Assembly: GCF_009914755.1 (NCBI RefSeq)
Contig: NC_060947.1
Reading direction: 5' to 3' (one strand)
Length of the DNA: 64,000 bases
DNA from: the human T2T-CHM13v2.0 reference genome, Homo sapiens
The notes beneath the pieces were generated by a model. It made no database searches. It was not told where the DNA came from and saw only the letters and a list, made by a program, of their open reading frames with translations. Position 1 is the first letter of the stretch. Each line of letters begins with the position of its first letter. Of the stretch, positions 1-16,407 are shown in pieces. Both the position numbers and the translations under genes were made by a program.

Positions 1-29
1 ACAAAACAAAACAAACAAACAAACAAACA

Positions 30-156
30 AAAGAACCATCCAGCTGAGCCCTAACTGAATTTATGATCCACAGAACCATGAATAAATAGAATGCCAGTTG
101 CTGTAAGCCACTAAGTTTTGAGATAGTTTGTTACCTGGCAGTAGAGGACTTAAACA
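30..156 (+). mobile_element. MLT1 (MaLR) LTR 3' end, preceded by a (CAAA)n tract
   Basis: tgtaagccactaagttttgagatagtttgttac is a typical MLT1 terminus. Confidence 0.55.
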
Positions 157-182
157 TGGAGAAACTTAGGGTATGCTGCAGA

Positions 183-712
183 TGAAAGCAGGAGCCCCAT
201 ATTAAAAAAACACAATTTCTGAATCTACTGCCCTGTTCCGTGTTCTTAGATTTATATTTGTCTATTTGGCATCCATTAATCACAAGGCCAAAGTAATGGC
301 CAAAGTTCTTTGCATCCTCCTTGCCATCCAGAGCCCATACTCTTAAACTACTTCCTTTATCTAGTTCTCATGTACCAAGCCAATATTTTCCCTGCTCTAA
401 ATTAACCTGAAGCCAGGTATCAGACAACTAGGGATCTGCCCTATCCCCCTAAACCAGCTGGAATTATTCGAACTACCCCATTCTAAACTGTTTGGCCTGC
501 CCTGCCTTGCCTTTCCCACAGATACGCCAGTGAAGACTATGGCTTCCACTCACTCCTTTCTGCCTCCTGGTGTTCACCCACGTGTCCCTGCATGATGTGG
601 TGAGCCTCCTCCTACTTACATTGGGAAATCTAAGTAACAAAAATCTTTCAATTACATTGGCCTATCTATGTCATCACTCAGTCATCTCCATAAATTAAAA
701 TCCTGCAGGTAC
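183..712 (+). mobile_element. Old ERVL-type solo LTR (MER74/MER73-like)
   Basis: ggaattattcgaactacccca..cctgccttgcctttccc motif and TG..CA-like ends. Confidence 0.4.
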
Positions 713-1649
713 AATTGGGACACACGAAAAGTAATCCTCTCCTGTGAGGAACTCTGAAGCGTGTGCTTGTGCATGAGTGCCTGAGTGCCTCTCTTTCCTT
801 GTGTGAGTGTCTGTAGTCAAGCAGACGTAAGCATATTGCTGCCCTGTAACATCAAGGATGCTGCATGTAGGGAAAACTGGCAGTGTCATGGTATGACAAA
901 GATAGAATCAAAAGCAGCCGTGTTTACTCCAGGGAATCTGTATGCCTATGTAAAAGCAGTGAAGCACATTCCAGGGAAACATTATGGAAAAAAAATAATT
1001 TTTGGAAAGAGGAGTTCTGTCTTCATACTGTTGCTTGCAACCTTTGTGGCTTGAGTAAGTCATTTGTTCTTTTTTCTGAGCTTCTGTTTCCTTATCAATA
1101 AAGTGCATCCTACTAATATCTGTATCATAAGGCTGCAGTGAATATCAAATCATAAAATATAAAAGTATCTGGCAAACTACAAAAAACTTTTGTGCACAGA
1201 TTACATATTATTGTTCACTAGACAATTGAGATTTAGTAGCATTGCAGTGACTCATATTAACTGCATGTGAAGTTTAATAGGTAGGTAGTTCTCTTATGTT
1301 AACCTAGTATCCATGAGTTTACCCATGAAGTTTAAAAGTATAAAGTATACCTTTGAATAACTAGCTGGAAGAATAAAATAAGGTTATATCAGGATCTTGC
1401 TTTTTGTCAATTCAAAGCATTCTGCTCTTACAAGTTTTTTAGGGGAAAAAAAGGCATTTATTATTATAGTTCAAAGACCTACATGTTACATTTTCTTTTC
1501 TTTTCTTTTTTGTTTTTTTTGGCAGTTCACAGTACATTTACTGGGTAATTTCTAGTTAACAGTAGCAATGATGATCACCTTGAAAATCTTGTATTTTGTG
1601 GTGGTTTTCTCTTACATAAGCCTCTTGCTTTGTTGAAAGCATAGATTCT

Positions 1650-1790
1650 TTTTTTTCTCTTTTATATATATATATATATATTTTATTATACTTCAAGTTC
1701 TAGGGTACATGTGCACAGTGTGCAGGTTTGTTACATATGTATACATGTGCCATGTTGGTGTGCTGCACCCATTAACTCATCATTTACATT
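1650..1790 (-). mobile_element. Short 5'-truncated L1PA 3' end with (TA)n in the tail
   Basis: ttattatacttcaagttctagggtacatgtgcac...cccattaactc. Confidence 0.85.
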
Positions 1791-2317
1791 TTCTATTTTG
1801 TCCTATCAATCTGGAAAAAATCCATACTACATCTGGGATATGGATACACAATCTCCTCTCGGAGTAAAGAGGCAATTATATCTCCAGAAACTTTTCATCA
1901 CTGTAGACCATGGTGGTCTTCCTTGGAGAGGACAGCAGTTCCAGGGACATATGAAAAAGAGAAAACAGGGTTTCTCTCGGCCTTAGAAGTTTCTCTGGCC
2001 TGCATCACCTGAGCCAGCATCCTCTCCTCTCAGGTTCTCTGGGCTTTCCTGCTAGCCTCCTTCATGGCCCTTGGCATCTCCTAAACACTCAGTGATTATT
2101 TTTGTTTTTAATTTTTAATTTTTGTGGGTACATAGTAGATGTATTTTTTGTGGAGTACATGAGATATTTTGGTACAGGCATACAATACGTAATAAACACA
2201 TCAGGGCAAATGGGATACCTGTCGCCTCAAGAATTTATCATTTCTTTGTGTTACAAACATTCTAATTTTACTCTTTTAGTTGTTTTTAAATGTACAATAA
2301 ATTATTATTGACTATAG

Positions 2318-2834
<517 letters not shown>

Positions 2835-3584
2835 TAGGACTGGCTTGTTTCACCGAACATAATGTCCTCCAGTTCCGTTGTATGTGTTTGCAAATGACAG
2901 GATCTCATTATTTTCTGTGGCTGAATAGTACTGCATTGTGTCTATGTACCACATTTTCTGTATCCATTCATCTGTTGATGGACACTTACATTGCTTCCAA
3001 ATCTTGGCTATTGTGAACAGTTATGCGACAAACACGAGATTGCAGATACCCATCAGTATGAGGAAATCAATACACTGATTTCCTTTCTTTTGGGTATATT
3101 CCCAGCAGTGGGATTACTGGATCATATGGTGTCTCAACTTTTATTTTCTTGAGGAACCACCAAACTGTTCTCCTTAGTGGCTGACTAATTTACATTCCTA
3201 CCAGCAGTGTAGAAGGGTTCCCTTTTCTCCACATCCTTGCCAGCATTTGTTATTTCCTGACTTTCGGATATAAGCCATTTAAACTGGTGTGAGATGATAT
3301 CTCATTGTAGTTCATAATTGCATTACTCTGATCAGTGATGTTGAGCACCTTTTCATATGCTTGTTTGCCATTTGTATGTATTCTTCTGAGAAATGTCTAT
3401 TCAGATCTTATGCCCAATTTTTCAAAGGACTATTAGATTTTTTCCTATAGAGTTGTTTAAGCTCCTTACATATTGTGGTTATTAATCCCTTGTCAGATGG
3501 ATTGTTTGCTAATATTCTTTCCCTTTCTGTTGGTTGTCTCTCCACTTTGTTGATTCATTTCTTTGTTGTATAGAACCTTTTTAA

Positions 3585-3993
<409 letters not shown>

Positions 3994-5142
3994 TGAATGT
4001 TTTCTTTTAGTAACTTTATGGTTTGAGATCTTAGATTTAAGTCTTTAATCCATTTTGATTTCATTTTTGTATATGGCAAGAGATAGGGGTCTAGTTTCTG
4101 TCTTCTGCATATGGATGGATATATAATTTTCCTGGCCCTATATATTGAACAGAGTGTCCTTTTTCCAGGATATGTACTTGGCACCTGTGTTGAAAATCAG
4201 TTGGGTGTAAATAAGTACATTTGTTTCTGTGTTCTTTATTCTGTTTCATTGGTCTTTGTATCTGCTTTTATACTAATACCATGTTGGTTTGGTTGCTATA
4301 ACTCTGTAGTATAATTTGAAGTCATGTTCATGTGATTCCTGCAGTTTTCTTCTTTTGCTCACAGTGGCTTTGGATGTTCTGGGTCTTTTATGATTCCATA
4401 TAAATTTTAGGATTATTTTTCCTATTTCTGTAAAGAATGTCAATGGTATTTTGATAGAGATTGCATTGAATCTATAGATTGCCTTGAATAGTATGGACAT
4501 TTTGACAGTATTGATTTTTCCAATGTCTGATCATAAAATATCTTTCCATTTTTTTGTATCTTCATTTTCTTATATTAATGTTTGATAGTTTTCATTGCAG
4601 AGATCATTCGCTTTGGTTAATTCCCAGGTATTTTGTTTTATATTTGGCTGTTGTACATGGGATTACTTTATTGATTTCTTTTTCAGATTATTTGCTGTTG
4701 GCATATAGAAATGTTACTGATTTTTGTACATTGCAACTTTACTGAGTTTGTTCAATTCTAATAGTTTTTTATGGAGTCTTTAGTTTTTTCCAAATATACA
4801 ATCATCATTTGCAAGCAAGTATAATATGAATTCTTCCTTTCCAATTTGGATGCCCTTTATTTCTTTCTCTTGTCTAATTTATCTAGCCAGGATTTCCAGT
4901 GCTATATTGAATAACAATGATGAAAGTGGGCATCCTTGTTGTATTCCAGATCTTAGACAAAAGGCTTTCAATATTTCCCTGTTCAGTATGACACTAGTTG
5001 TGAGTATGTTGCATATGACTTTTGTTCCTTCTATACCCAGTTTTTTTTAGGGTTTTTATCTTACAGGGATGTTGAATTTTATCACATGCTATTTCCACAT
5101 CAGTGAAATGGTTGTAATTTTTGTCTTTCATACAGTTGATAT

Positions 5143-6432
5143 TGTGTCCAGAATTGGTGGGTTCTTGGTCTCACTGACTTCAAGAATGAAGCTGTGGACC
5201 CTCACGGTGAGTGTTACAGCTCTTAAGGTGGCGCGTCTGGAGTTTGTTCCTTCTGATGTTCGGATGTGTTTGGAGTTTCTTCCTTTTGGTGGGTTCGTGG
5301 TCTCGCTGGCTCAGGCAGGAGTGAAGCTGCAGACCTTCGCGGTGAGTTACAGCTCATAAAGGCAGTGTGGACCCAAAGAGTGAGCAGCAGCAGGATTTAT
5401 TGCAAAGAGCGAAAGAACAAAGCTTCCACAGTGTGGAAGGGAACCCCAGCGGGTTGCCACTGCTGGCTGGGGCAGCCTGCTTTTATTCTCTTATCTGGCC
5501 CCACCCACATCCTGCTGATTGGTAGAGCCGAGTGGTCTGTTTTGACAGGGCACTGATTGGTGCGTTTACAATCCCTGAGCTAGACGCAAAGGTTCTCTAC
5601 CTCCCCACCAGATTAGCTAGATACAGAGTATCCACACAAAGGTTCTCCAAGTCCCCACCAGAGTAGCTAGATACAGAGTGTGAATTGGCGCATTTACAAA
5701 CCCTGAGCTAGACACAGGGTGCTGATTGGTGTGTTTACAAACCTTGAGCTAGATACAGAGTGCTGATTGGTGTATTTACAGTCCTTTAGCTAGACATAAA
5801 GGTTCTCCAAGTTCCCACTAGACTCAGGAGCCCAGCTGGCTTCACCCAGTGGGTCTCGCACTGGGGCTGCAGGTGGAGCTGCCTGCCAGTCCTGCGCAGT
5901 GCACCCACACTCCTCAGCCCTTGGGTAGTTGATGGGACTGGGTGCCATAGATCAGGGGGCGGCGCTCCTCGGGGAGGCTCGGCCTGCACAGGAGCCCACG
6001 GAGGCGGGGGGAGGCTCAGGCATGGCAGGCTGCAGGTCTCAAGCCCTGCCCTGTGGGAAGGCAGCTAAGGCCTGGCCAGAAATTGAGCGCAGCACCAGTG
6101 GGCCGGCACTGCTGGGGGACCCAGCACACCCTCCGCAGCCGCTAGCCTGGGGCTGCTCCGAGTGCGGGGTCCGCCGAGCCCACGCCCACCTGCAACTTGC
6201 GTTGGCCCGCAAGCAGTGCGCGCAGCCCTGGTTCCCGCCCGCGCCTCTCCCTCCACACCTCCTGGCAAGCTGAGGGAGCGGGCTCCGGCCTTGGCCAGCC
6301 CAGAAAGGGGCTCCCACAGTGCAGCGGTGGGCTGAAGGGCTCCTCAAGTGCTGCCAAAGTGGGAGCCCAGGCAGAGGAGGCGCCGAGAGTGAGCGAGGGC
6401 TGTGAGGACTGCCAGCACGCTGTCACTTCTCA
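5143..6432 (-). mobile_element. LTR12 (ERV9) solo LTR, LTR12C-like
   Basis: tgtgtccagaattggtgggttcttggtc...gctgtcacttctca; ~40-bp tandem repeats carrying ATTGG (CCAAT) at 5515-5800; CpG-rich 5900-6420; 4-bp TSD atat/ataa inside the L1. Confidence 0.95.
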
Positions 6433-8044
6433 ATAAGATGTATCACAATAATTGATTTCTGTATGTTGAACCATCCTTGCATCCAAGGGATAAATCTCAT
6501 ATGGTAATGATGAATGATGTGTTTATTGTGTTGTTGAATTTGGATTACTAGTATTTTGTTGAGAATTTTTGCATCAATGTTCATCAGGGTTGTGGGCCTG
6601 TAGTAGTCTTTTTTTGATCTGTCTTTGGTTTTGGTATCAGGGTTATAGTTGCCTCATAGAATGAGTTTACAAGTATTCCCTTCTCCTCTGTCATTTGGAG
6701 TAGTTTGAGTGAGATTGATAAGAGTTTTTCTTTAAACATTTGGTAAAATTCATCTGTGAAGCCATCGGGTCACAGGATTTTCTTTGCTGCAAGACTTTTA
6801 CTTATGGTTTCAACTTCATTACTTGTTATTGGTCTATTCAGGTTTTGAATTTCTTCATGGTTCAATCTAAGTAGGTTGCATGTGTCTAGGAATTTATCCC
6901 TTTCTCCTAGGTTTTCCAATTTATTGGCATATAGTTGCTCAATGTAGTTTCTAATGATCCTGTGAATCTCTGTGGTGTCAGTTGCAATGTCTCCTTTTTT
7001 ATCTCTGATTTATTTATTTGGTTCTTTTTTCATTTTTTCTTGGTGTGACTAAAAGTTTGTCAATTTTCTTTATGTTTTCGCAAAATCAACTTTTCATTTT
7101 GTTGATCTTTTCTATTTTTGGTTTTAAATTTTGTTTATTTCTGCTGTGATTTTCATTATTTCTTTTCTTCTACCAGCCTTGGGTTTGATTTCCTCTTGCT
7201 TTTCTAGTTCTTTAAGATGCATTCTTAAGTTGTATATTTTGAAGTTTTTCTTCTTTTTTGATGTAGGCACTTATAGTTCAAACTTCCTTCTTAGTACTGC
7301 TTTTGCTGTACCCCATAGGTTTTGATATGTTGTGTTTTCATTTTCATTTGTATCATGAAATATTTTAATTTTCTTTTAAATTTCCTTACTGTTTCACTTC
7401 TCATTTAGGAAAATATTGTTTAATTTCCATGTATTTGTGTAGATTCCAAATTTTCTCTTGTTACTGATTTCTAGTTTCATTCCATTGTGATCAAATAAGA
7501 TACTTGATAATTTTTGAATGTTTTAAGACTAATTTGTGACCTAACCTACGGGCTATCCTTGAGGATAATCCATGAGCTGAGGAAAAGAGTGTGTTTTCTG
7601 CAGGCATTGGATGAAATGTTCTGTAAATACCTATTAGATCCATTTGGTTTATAGTGCAGATTAGGTCTGATGTTTCTTTGTTGATTTTCTGTCTGGATAA
7701 TCTGTTCAATCCTGAAAATGAGGTGTTGAAGTCCCCAGCTGTTATTGTATTGGGGTCTATCTCTCTCTTTAGCTCTAAGAATATTTGCTTTATATATTGA
7801 GGTGCTCCAGTGTTGCCTGCATATACTTTTAAAATTCTTATATCCTCTTTCTGAATTGACTGCTTTTTAATTAGATAACAAGCTTCTTTATAGCTATAGT
7901 TTTTGTGTTAAAATCTATTGTTTCTGAGATAAGTATAGCTATTCCTGCTCTTTTTTGGTTTCTGTTCACATGGAATATCTTTTTCCACCTCTTTGTTTTG
8001 CATCTATGTATGTCTATGTGAAATGTCTTTTTGTAGGCATTAGA

Positions 8045-8370
8045 GCTAATTTTTGTATTATTATTATTATTGTTATTTTTTTTTTAGTAGAGACAGGGTT
8101 TCACCATATTGACCAGACTGGTCTTGAACTCCTGACCTTGTGATCTGCCCGCCTCGGCCTCCCAAAGTACTGGGCGTGAGCCACCGCACCTGGCCGAGTT
8201 TTAAGTGTCCCAGAAGCTTGTCTGCTTTAGTATTTCCGCTGTGTATTTTTAGTAGAGACAGGGTTTCTCCTTGTTGGTCAGGCTGGTCTCGAACTCCTGA
8301 CCTCAGGTGATCCACCCATCTCAGCCTCCCAAAGTGCTGGGATTACAGATGTGAGCCACTGTGCCTGACC
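8045..8370 (-). mobile_element. Two Alu left-arm fragments (8045-8195, 8242-8370) with a 46-bp spacer
   Basis: Both run from the A-rich linker to the Alu 5' end; neither has a right arm. Confidence 0.85.
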
Positions 8371-9384
8371 AATTTTGTCTTTTTAAGAATCCATTCTGTC
8401 ACTCTGTTTCTTTGGTTTGTAGAGTTTATTTCATTTACATGCAATGTTATTATTGACAAGTAAGGACTTACTCCTGCCATTTTAAAATTTGTTTATCTAG
8501 TTGTTTTGTGGTCTTCCTTCCCTCTTTTTTTTCCTCTCTTCCCTTTTGTGAAAGTATTTTTTTTTTCTGGCGGTATGTTTTAATTTCTTACTTTTAATTT
8601 TTTTTGTGTGTATCTGATGTAGGTTTTTTGATTTGAGACTACCATGTGGCTTGCAATTAACATCTTTTAATCCATTATTTTAAACTGATGATAACTTAAC
8701 TCTAATTGCAAAAACAAACAAACAAACAATACTCAGTGATAATTTATCTCAATTCAGGAAATGGATTATTTGAAGAAAAATTCTCATTAAGTGGGGGTTT
8801 GAGCTGTATAAGGATAATTCCCAGCCTCTTTCTCAAATTTCATGCTGGTTCCTGCCAGTACATCACTGGGAAAAATGGGAATGGAATCACAGAAGTTTAC
8901 TGTTGCAGGGGACAGTTTCAGTCATTTACTATAAGAGTTTCAGTGTTTCTAAATGAGAAAAGGACCTGCAGAATGGCCCACCAATGAAAACAGATTAAAT
9001 GAAAAAGCAAAGGTCCAGAGATGAACAACTTATACAAGGCAAACATTAAGACATCATCTTCAAAGACAGCATGAAACTATAAAAAGAACACTGGACTTGG
9101 AGGTGATAAAACCTGGTGCAGATTCTACATATGACATTTTATATTATGGACAAAATTCCAGATTCTCTAAATCTCAATTTCCTTATTTTTCTTCATTTAT
9201 AAAAAGTGAGTAAAAAATGCTTTCTCACAGAATTGATGTTTGATGTGTTTCAAATTAAAAAAAATAGTATGACAGTAAGTTTTAAAGTGTAAATTGTTTT
9301 TGACACATTAGTTCTTATCCATTCTTTCTAAAGTTGTCTTGAAATCATTTCAAATTTATAAAATATCTTGTAAGAATTTTATGA

Positions 9385-9719
<335 letters not shown>

Positions 9720-10044
9720 GCCAATTGCTATCTTTTTATCAAGTTTGACTTACTCTTGTTCTCTATGTCAATATTTGTATGTATATATGTGTATGTGCTT
9801 ACATAATCCTTTTTCTGAACCATTTGAGAGTTGCAAACAGAAAGGCTCATTACCACTTGGTATTTCAGTGAGCATTTTTGAAAAACAGGTACACTATCCT
9901 ACAAAACCACAGTCTATCAAAATCAAGGAGCTTAAAATTAATATAATGCTTCCACTTACCCCATTAAGATTTCCTTCAGCTGTGCCCAAAATGAAATTTT
10001 TAGATCCAAGTTCCAAGCCTGGAGCATGCATTATATTTAGTTAT

Positions 10045-12354
10045 TGATATGGTTTGGCTGTGTCCCCACCCAAATTTCATCTTGAGTTGTAGCTTGCATA
10101 ATCCCCATGTATTATGGGAGGGACCTGGTGGGAGGTGATTGAAACATCGGGGTGGGTTTTTCCAATCCTGTTCTCATGATAGTGAATAAGTCTCATGAGA
10201 TCTGATGGTTTTATAAAGGGCAGTTCCCCTGCAGATGCTCTCTGGCCTGCTCCCATGTAAGATGTGCCTTTGCTCCTCCTCCGCCTTCTGGCATGATTGT
10301 GAGGCCTCCCCAGCCATGTGGAACTGTGAGTCCATTAAACCTATTTTCTTTTACAAATTTCCTAGTCTCAGATATTTCTTCATAGCAGTATGAAAATGGA
10401 CTAATACAGTAATTTGGTATGGATAGACTGGGGTACTGCTATTAAGATACCCAATAATGTGGAAGCAACTTTGGAAGTGGATAATGGGCAGAAGTTGGAA
10501 CAGTTTAGAGGGCTCAGAAGAAGATAGGAAAACGTAGGAAAGTTTGGAACTTCCTAGACACTTGAAGGGCTCAGAAGACAGGAAGATGTGGGAGTTTGGA
10601 ACTTCCTAGAGACTTGTTGAATGGCTTTGACTAAAATGCTGCTAGTGCTGTGGACAATAAAGTCCAGGCTGAGGTGGTCTCAGATGGACATGAGGAACTT
10701 TTTGGTAACTGGAGCAAAGGTCACTCTTGCAATATAAAGAGACTGGTGGCATTTTGCCCCTGCTGTAGAGATCAGTAGAACTTTGAACTTGAGAGAGATG
10801 ATTTAGGGTATCCGGCAGACAAAATTTCTAAGCAGCAAAGCACTCAAGAGGAAGCAGAGTATAAAAGTTTGGAAAATTTGCAGCCCGACAATGGAATAGA
10901 AAAGAAAAACCCTTTTTCTGGGGAGAAATTAAAGCCAGCTGCAGAAATTTGCATAAGTAAGGAGGAGCCAAATGCTAATAGCCAAGACAATGGGGAAAAC
11001 ATCTCCAGGACATGTCAGAGACACAGCCCCTCCCATCACAGGCCCAGAAGCCTAGGAGTGAAAAATGGTTTCCTGGGCTAAATCTAGGGCCCCCTTTCTG
11101 TGTGCAGCCTAAGGACTTGGTGCCCTGTGCTCCAGCAATTCCAGCTGAGGGTAAAGGGGCCAAGGTACACCTCGGGCTGTGGCTTCAGAGAGTGCAAGCC
11201 CCAAGCCTTGGCAGCTTCCACATGGTGTTGAGCCTGCAGGTGCACAGAAGCCAAGAATTGAGGTTTGGGAACCTCCACCAAGACTTCAGATGATGTGTGG
11301 AAATGCCTGGATGTTCAGGCAAAAGTTTGCTCCAGGGGCAGGGCCCTCATGGAGGACCTCTGCTAGGGCAGTACAGAAGGGAAATCTGGGGTCGGAGCTC
11401 CCACTTAGAGTCCCCACTGGGGCACTCCCTAGTGAAGATGTGAGAAGAGGGCCACCATCCTTCAGACCCCAGAATGGTAGACCCACTTACAGCTTGCACT
11501 GTGTTCCTGGAAAAGCCACAGACACTCAATGCCAGCCATGACAGCAGCCACCGGGGTGGAGGGGGGCTGTACCCTGCAAAGCCACAGAAGCAGAGCTCCC
11601 CAAGGGAGCCCACCTCTTGCATCAGTGTGACCTGGATGTGAGACATGATCAAAGGAGATGGAGATCGAGTCAAAGGAGATCATTTTGATTGATGGCCCCA
11701 CTGGATTTTGGGCTTGTATGGAATCTGTAGCCCCTTTGGCCAATTTCTCTCATTTGTAATGGGTGTATTTACTTGATGCCTGTATCCCCATTGTATCTAG
11801 GAGGTAACTAACTTGCTTTTGATTTTACAGGCTCATAGGTGGAAGGGACTTGCCTTATCTCAGATGAGACTTTAGACTTGGGCTTTTGAGTTAATGCTGA
11901 AATGAGTTAAGACTTTGGGGGACTCTTGGGAAGGCATGATTGGTTTTGAAATATGAGGACATGAGATTTGGGAGGGGTCAGGGATGGAAGGAAATTGTTT
12001 GGCTGTGTCCCCACCCAAATCTCATCTTGAATTGTAGTTCCCATAATCCCTGTGTCATGGGAGGGACCAAGTGGGAGGTAATTGTATCATGGAGGCACGT
12101 TTTTTTCTCGTGCTTTTCTTGTGATAGTGAGTAAGTCTTATGAGATCTGATTATTTTATAAAGAGCTGTTCCCCTGTGCATGCAGTCTTGCTTGCTGCCA
12201 TGTAAGACATGCCTTTTGCTCCTCCTTCACCTTCTGCCATGATTGTGAGGCCTCCTTAGCCATGTGGAACTGTGAGTTCATTAAACCTCTTTTTCTCTAT
12301 AAATTACCCAATCTCAGGTATTTTTTCATAGCAATATGAAAATAGACTAATACA
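10045..12354 (+). mobile_element. Complete THE1 (MaLR): LTR 10045-10408, internal region, LTR ~11990-12354
   Basis: Two homologous LTRs (..tttggctgtgtccccacc..ctaataca) and a perfect 5-bp TSD gttat (10040-10044, 12355-12359). Confidence 0.95.
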
Positions 12355-12530
12355 GTTATCATGTCTCTTCAGTCTCCACAGTCTGGATCCATTCTTCAGT
12401 CTTTTCCTTGCCATGTCCTTGGCAGTTTTGAAAAGTGCAGGCTAGTAACTAAAAATGTCCCTCAATTCCTGGTATTTATTCATTATTAGATAAATATTAT
12501 GCATTTTCTTTACTAGTGTAGTGTTTTTCC

Positions 12531-12779
<249 letters not shown>

Positions 12780-13511
12780 TCAATTTTTTCTATCACTGTT
12801 GGTGGTAACTTTTATCACTTGTTTAAGGTGGTTTCTGCCAGATTTCTCCCCAAAGGTAAAATAATTATTTTGCAAGTTTTAGGAAGTATTTAATAGTAAT
12901 TACATTCTACTCTATAGGAATGTTTTCCGTTCTCTTTTACATATCTATATATATATATATACATTTACATACAAAATATATATTAGTATGGACCTCTGGA
13001 TTCCTATTTAATGCATTGGATTATAATCCATTACTATCATTATTCATGTCAAAGCTTACATTTTCCAGATTTGCCCAGTTGAGACCCCTTTAAGCTAGAT
13101 TATGTGTCTTATTGTCATGCTTATCTCATTCTTTGAGCACTTCTTTCTTTCCTGTACAATATGATATTCCTGGCTCATCTTGTACTTTTCTCGCCCCAGC
13201 CCTGGAATCATCCATTTCTCCAAGGAATACTCATTAACTTCAGTAGTGATTGGTTTTCAGAAATAAACATCTCAAGGTTAGGAGTGCAAATTGCTGTTGA
13301 TATTGATTTCTCACTTTTGGAACAACCATTCAGCCATTTGGAAAAGAAAGTCAACCTCAAACCTTACCTTATTCCATGTACAAACATTAATCATAGACTT
13401 AACATAAAAGTTAACAACTACAAAGTTTCTATGTTTTTTATATAAAAGAAAATAATTACAAATTGGATTTCATACAAAGAAAATTATTTTGCTCATTAAG
13501 ACACTGGTAAA

Positions 13512-14810
<1,299 letters not shown>

Positions 14811-14819
14811 TGACTAGCC

Positions 14820-16243
14820 CAATGATTTCCTTTATTGCAAGAAGGCAAAGTCCTGGCGTTTTTTCTTTTGGGGGCGGAGAACTGCATTATAAGATCCCTT
14901 CTGCCCAGAGGTCTGACGGCATTCTTTTTTGAAATGTCCGATTTTTCAACAATTACATTTTCTCATTTTAAGATTTGCCCCTTGGCCCTTTTTAGATTTG
15001 TCCATTACTAAATCAGCCATTGCTTGAGCCATCATTGTAGAGCGATAAAGCTCAGTTCCCACATCTGGACAAGCTTTAAGAAAATTTCCCAAGTTTTTTG
15101 TACATCTCACAGGTGCCAGTGCACGTTTACAATCCACATTTGCATTCTCAAAAGCTAGAGTTAAGGTTAGCATTTCTGCAGCAGTGGTATGAGGAATCTG
15201 TTGCTTCACTGCCTCTTGTAGTCTTGCAAGAAAATGTGCATAGGGTTCCTGCAATTCTTGCATGATACATAAAAATGATTTTACAGGGACCCCTTCCTCT
15301 GGAATTGTGGCCCAGGTGCGTTTAGCAGCCAAGGCACACTGCTTATAAGCAGCATCTGGGAGTGCCATTTGATGTTGCGGGTCTGAATAAGGGTGATTAC
15401 CTAATAGCATATCCTCTGTAATGTCTCCGTGTCCAGCAGCACGATTCTTTCTAGCCTGGTCTGCACACAGTTCTTGCCAATTTAAATTCCATGTCAGGTA
15501 CACACTAGCAGACAAACAAGTGCGAGCCAAATGCTTTACATCAAATGGTGGAGGATGCATGGCACCAAATATAGATTCTAACAATCCTAAAGTGAATGGG
15601 CTTTGGACTCCATTATTCACTATACTAGCTTTCAATTCTTTCGGCAACTTAAACTCTAGTGTGGTGTGTTGATGAATAAACTGCTGTGGATTATTTGGAT
15701 CGGGCCTCATGGAAATGGGAAAAGTGCAAGGTCCTAAGGGCTCTCCAGCTATAGCAGCAGAGCGTAAAATTCTTTGTATTGGGGTCTCTATTTCTGCTAC
15801 TGAAGGAGGTGGTACAGATGTTTCTGCTACTGGAGGGGGTGACACAGGCCAATTTTCATCCTCCCTCCCCTGTTTATTATTTTTAATTGGTACTGTGGGT
15901 GGGACAAAAGATTCTTTTAAATTTTTAGACTCAGGACATGACTCCTGCTGTCTAGCAGAATAAGAAGGAGATAATGGCAGAAGGACAGTACAAACTAAAC
16001 TCCAAGCAGAAAAAACACAAGGATCAACTTTAAGACCTTTTTGATGAGCTCGTTTTAATCCTTCTCCTGCTCTGTCCCAATTTTCCACATCAAGAGTGCC
16101 TATCTGTGGAAAGCATGGGTTATGCGTGATAACCTCCTGCAGCATCTTAGTGTTTGAGAACTAACCTGAGCACCAGATTGTTTAAGTAAAACTTTAAGCA
16201 ACTGCACATAATGTTGCTCCTCAATAGACAAATTCTGCCCCAT
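14820..16243 (-). pseudogene. gag: HML-6 gag (frameshifted; 399-aa open segment 14946-16145)
   Basis: True start MGQNLSIEEQ at 16243 is out of frame with the long ORF (shift near 16147); MHR-like QELQEPYAHFLARL; first zinc knuckle broken by a stop (CNC*KIGHFKKEC). Confidence 0.9.
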
Positions 16244-16388
16244 GTTACCCTGATTAAGAAAACGTCCTGTTCCCAGTACCTCTTTAGGGCACTGACCTTA
16301 TATCTGCTGCCGCCACACTCCTCCCGGGGTTTCTCGTTTGTCTTGTCAGTTTCACGTTCTCTCCTCCAGCAGACCTTCTTTGCTCACT

Positions 16389-16407
16389 GTCTGTGTTCAA
16401 GGCGCCA
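16389..16407 (-). other. Primer binding site, degenerate tRNA-Lys type
   Basis: tggcgccttgaacacagac two nt after the LTR end, versus Lys3 PBS TGGCGCCCGAACAGGGAC. Confidence 0.75.

Noticed and set aside
5515-5810. ~40-bp spaced repeats superficially like a CRISPR array
   Set aside because: They are the known tandem enhancer units of the LTR12/ERV9 U3, have no unique spacers, and lie in eukaryotic DNA
5786-6436. Cluster of overlapping GC-rich ORFs / CpG island
   Set aside because: Entirely inside LTR12; scarcity of stops reflects GC content
10480-10620. ~50-bp direct duplication in the THE1 internal region
   Set aside because: As recalled, a shared feature of some THE1-int subfamilies rather than locus-specific
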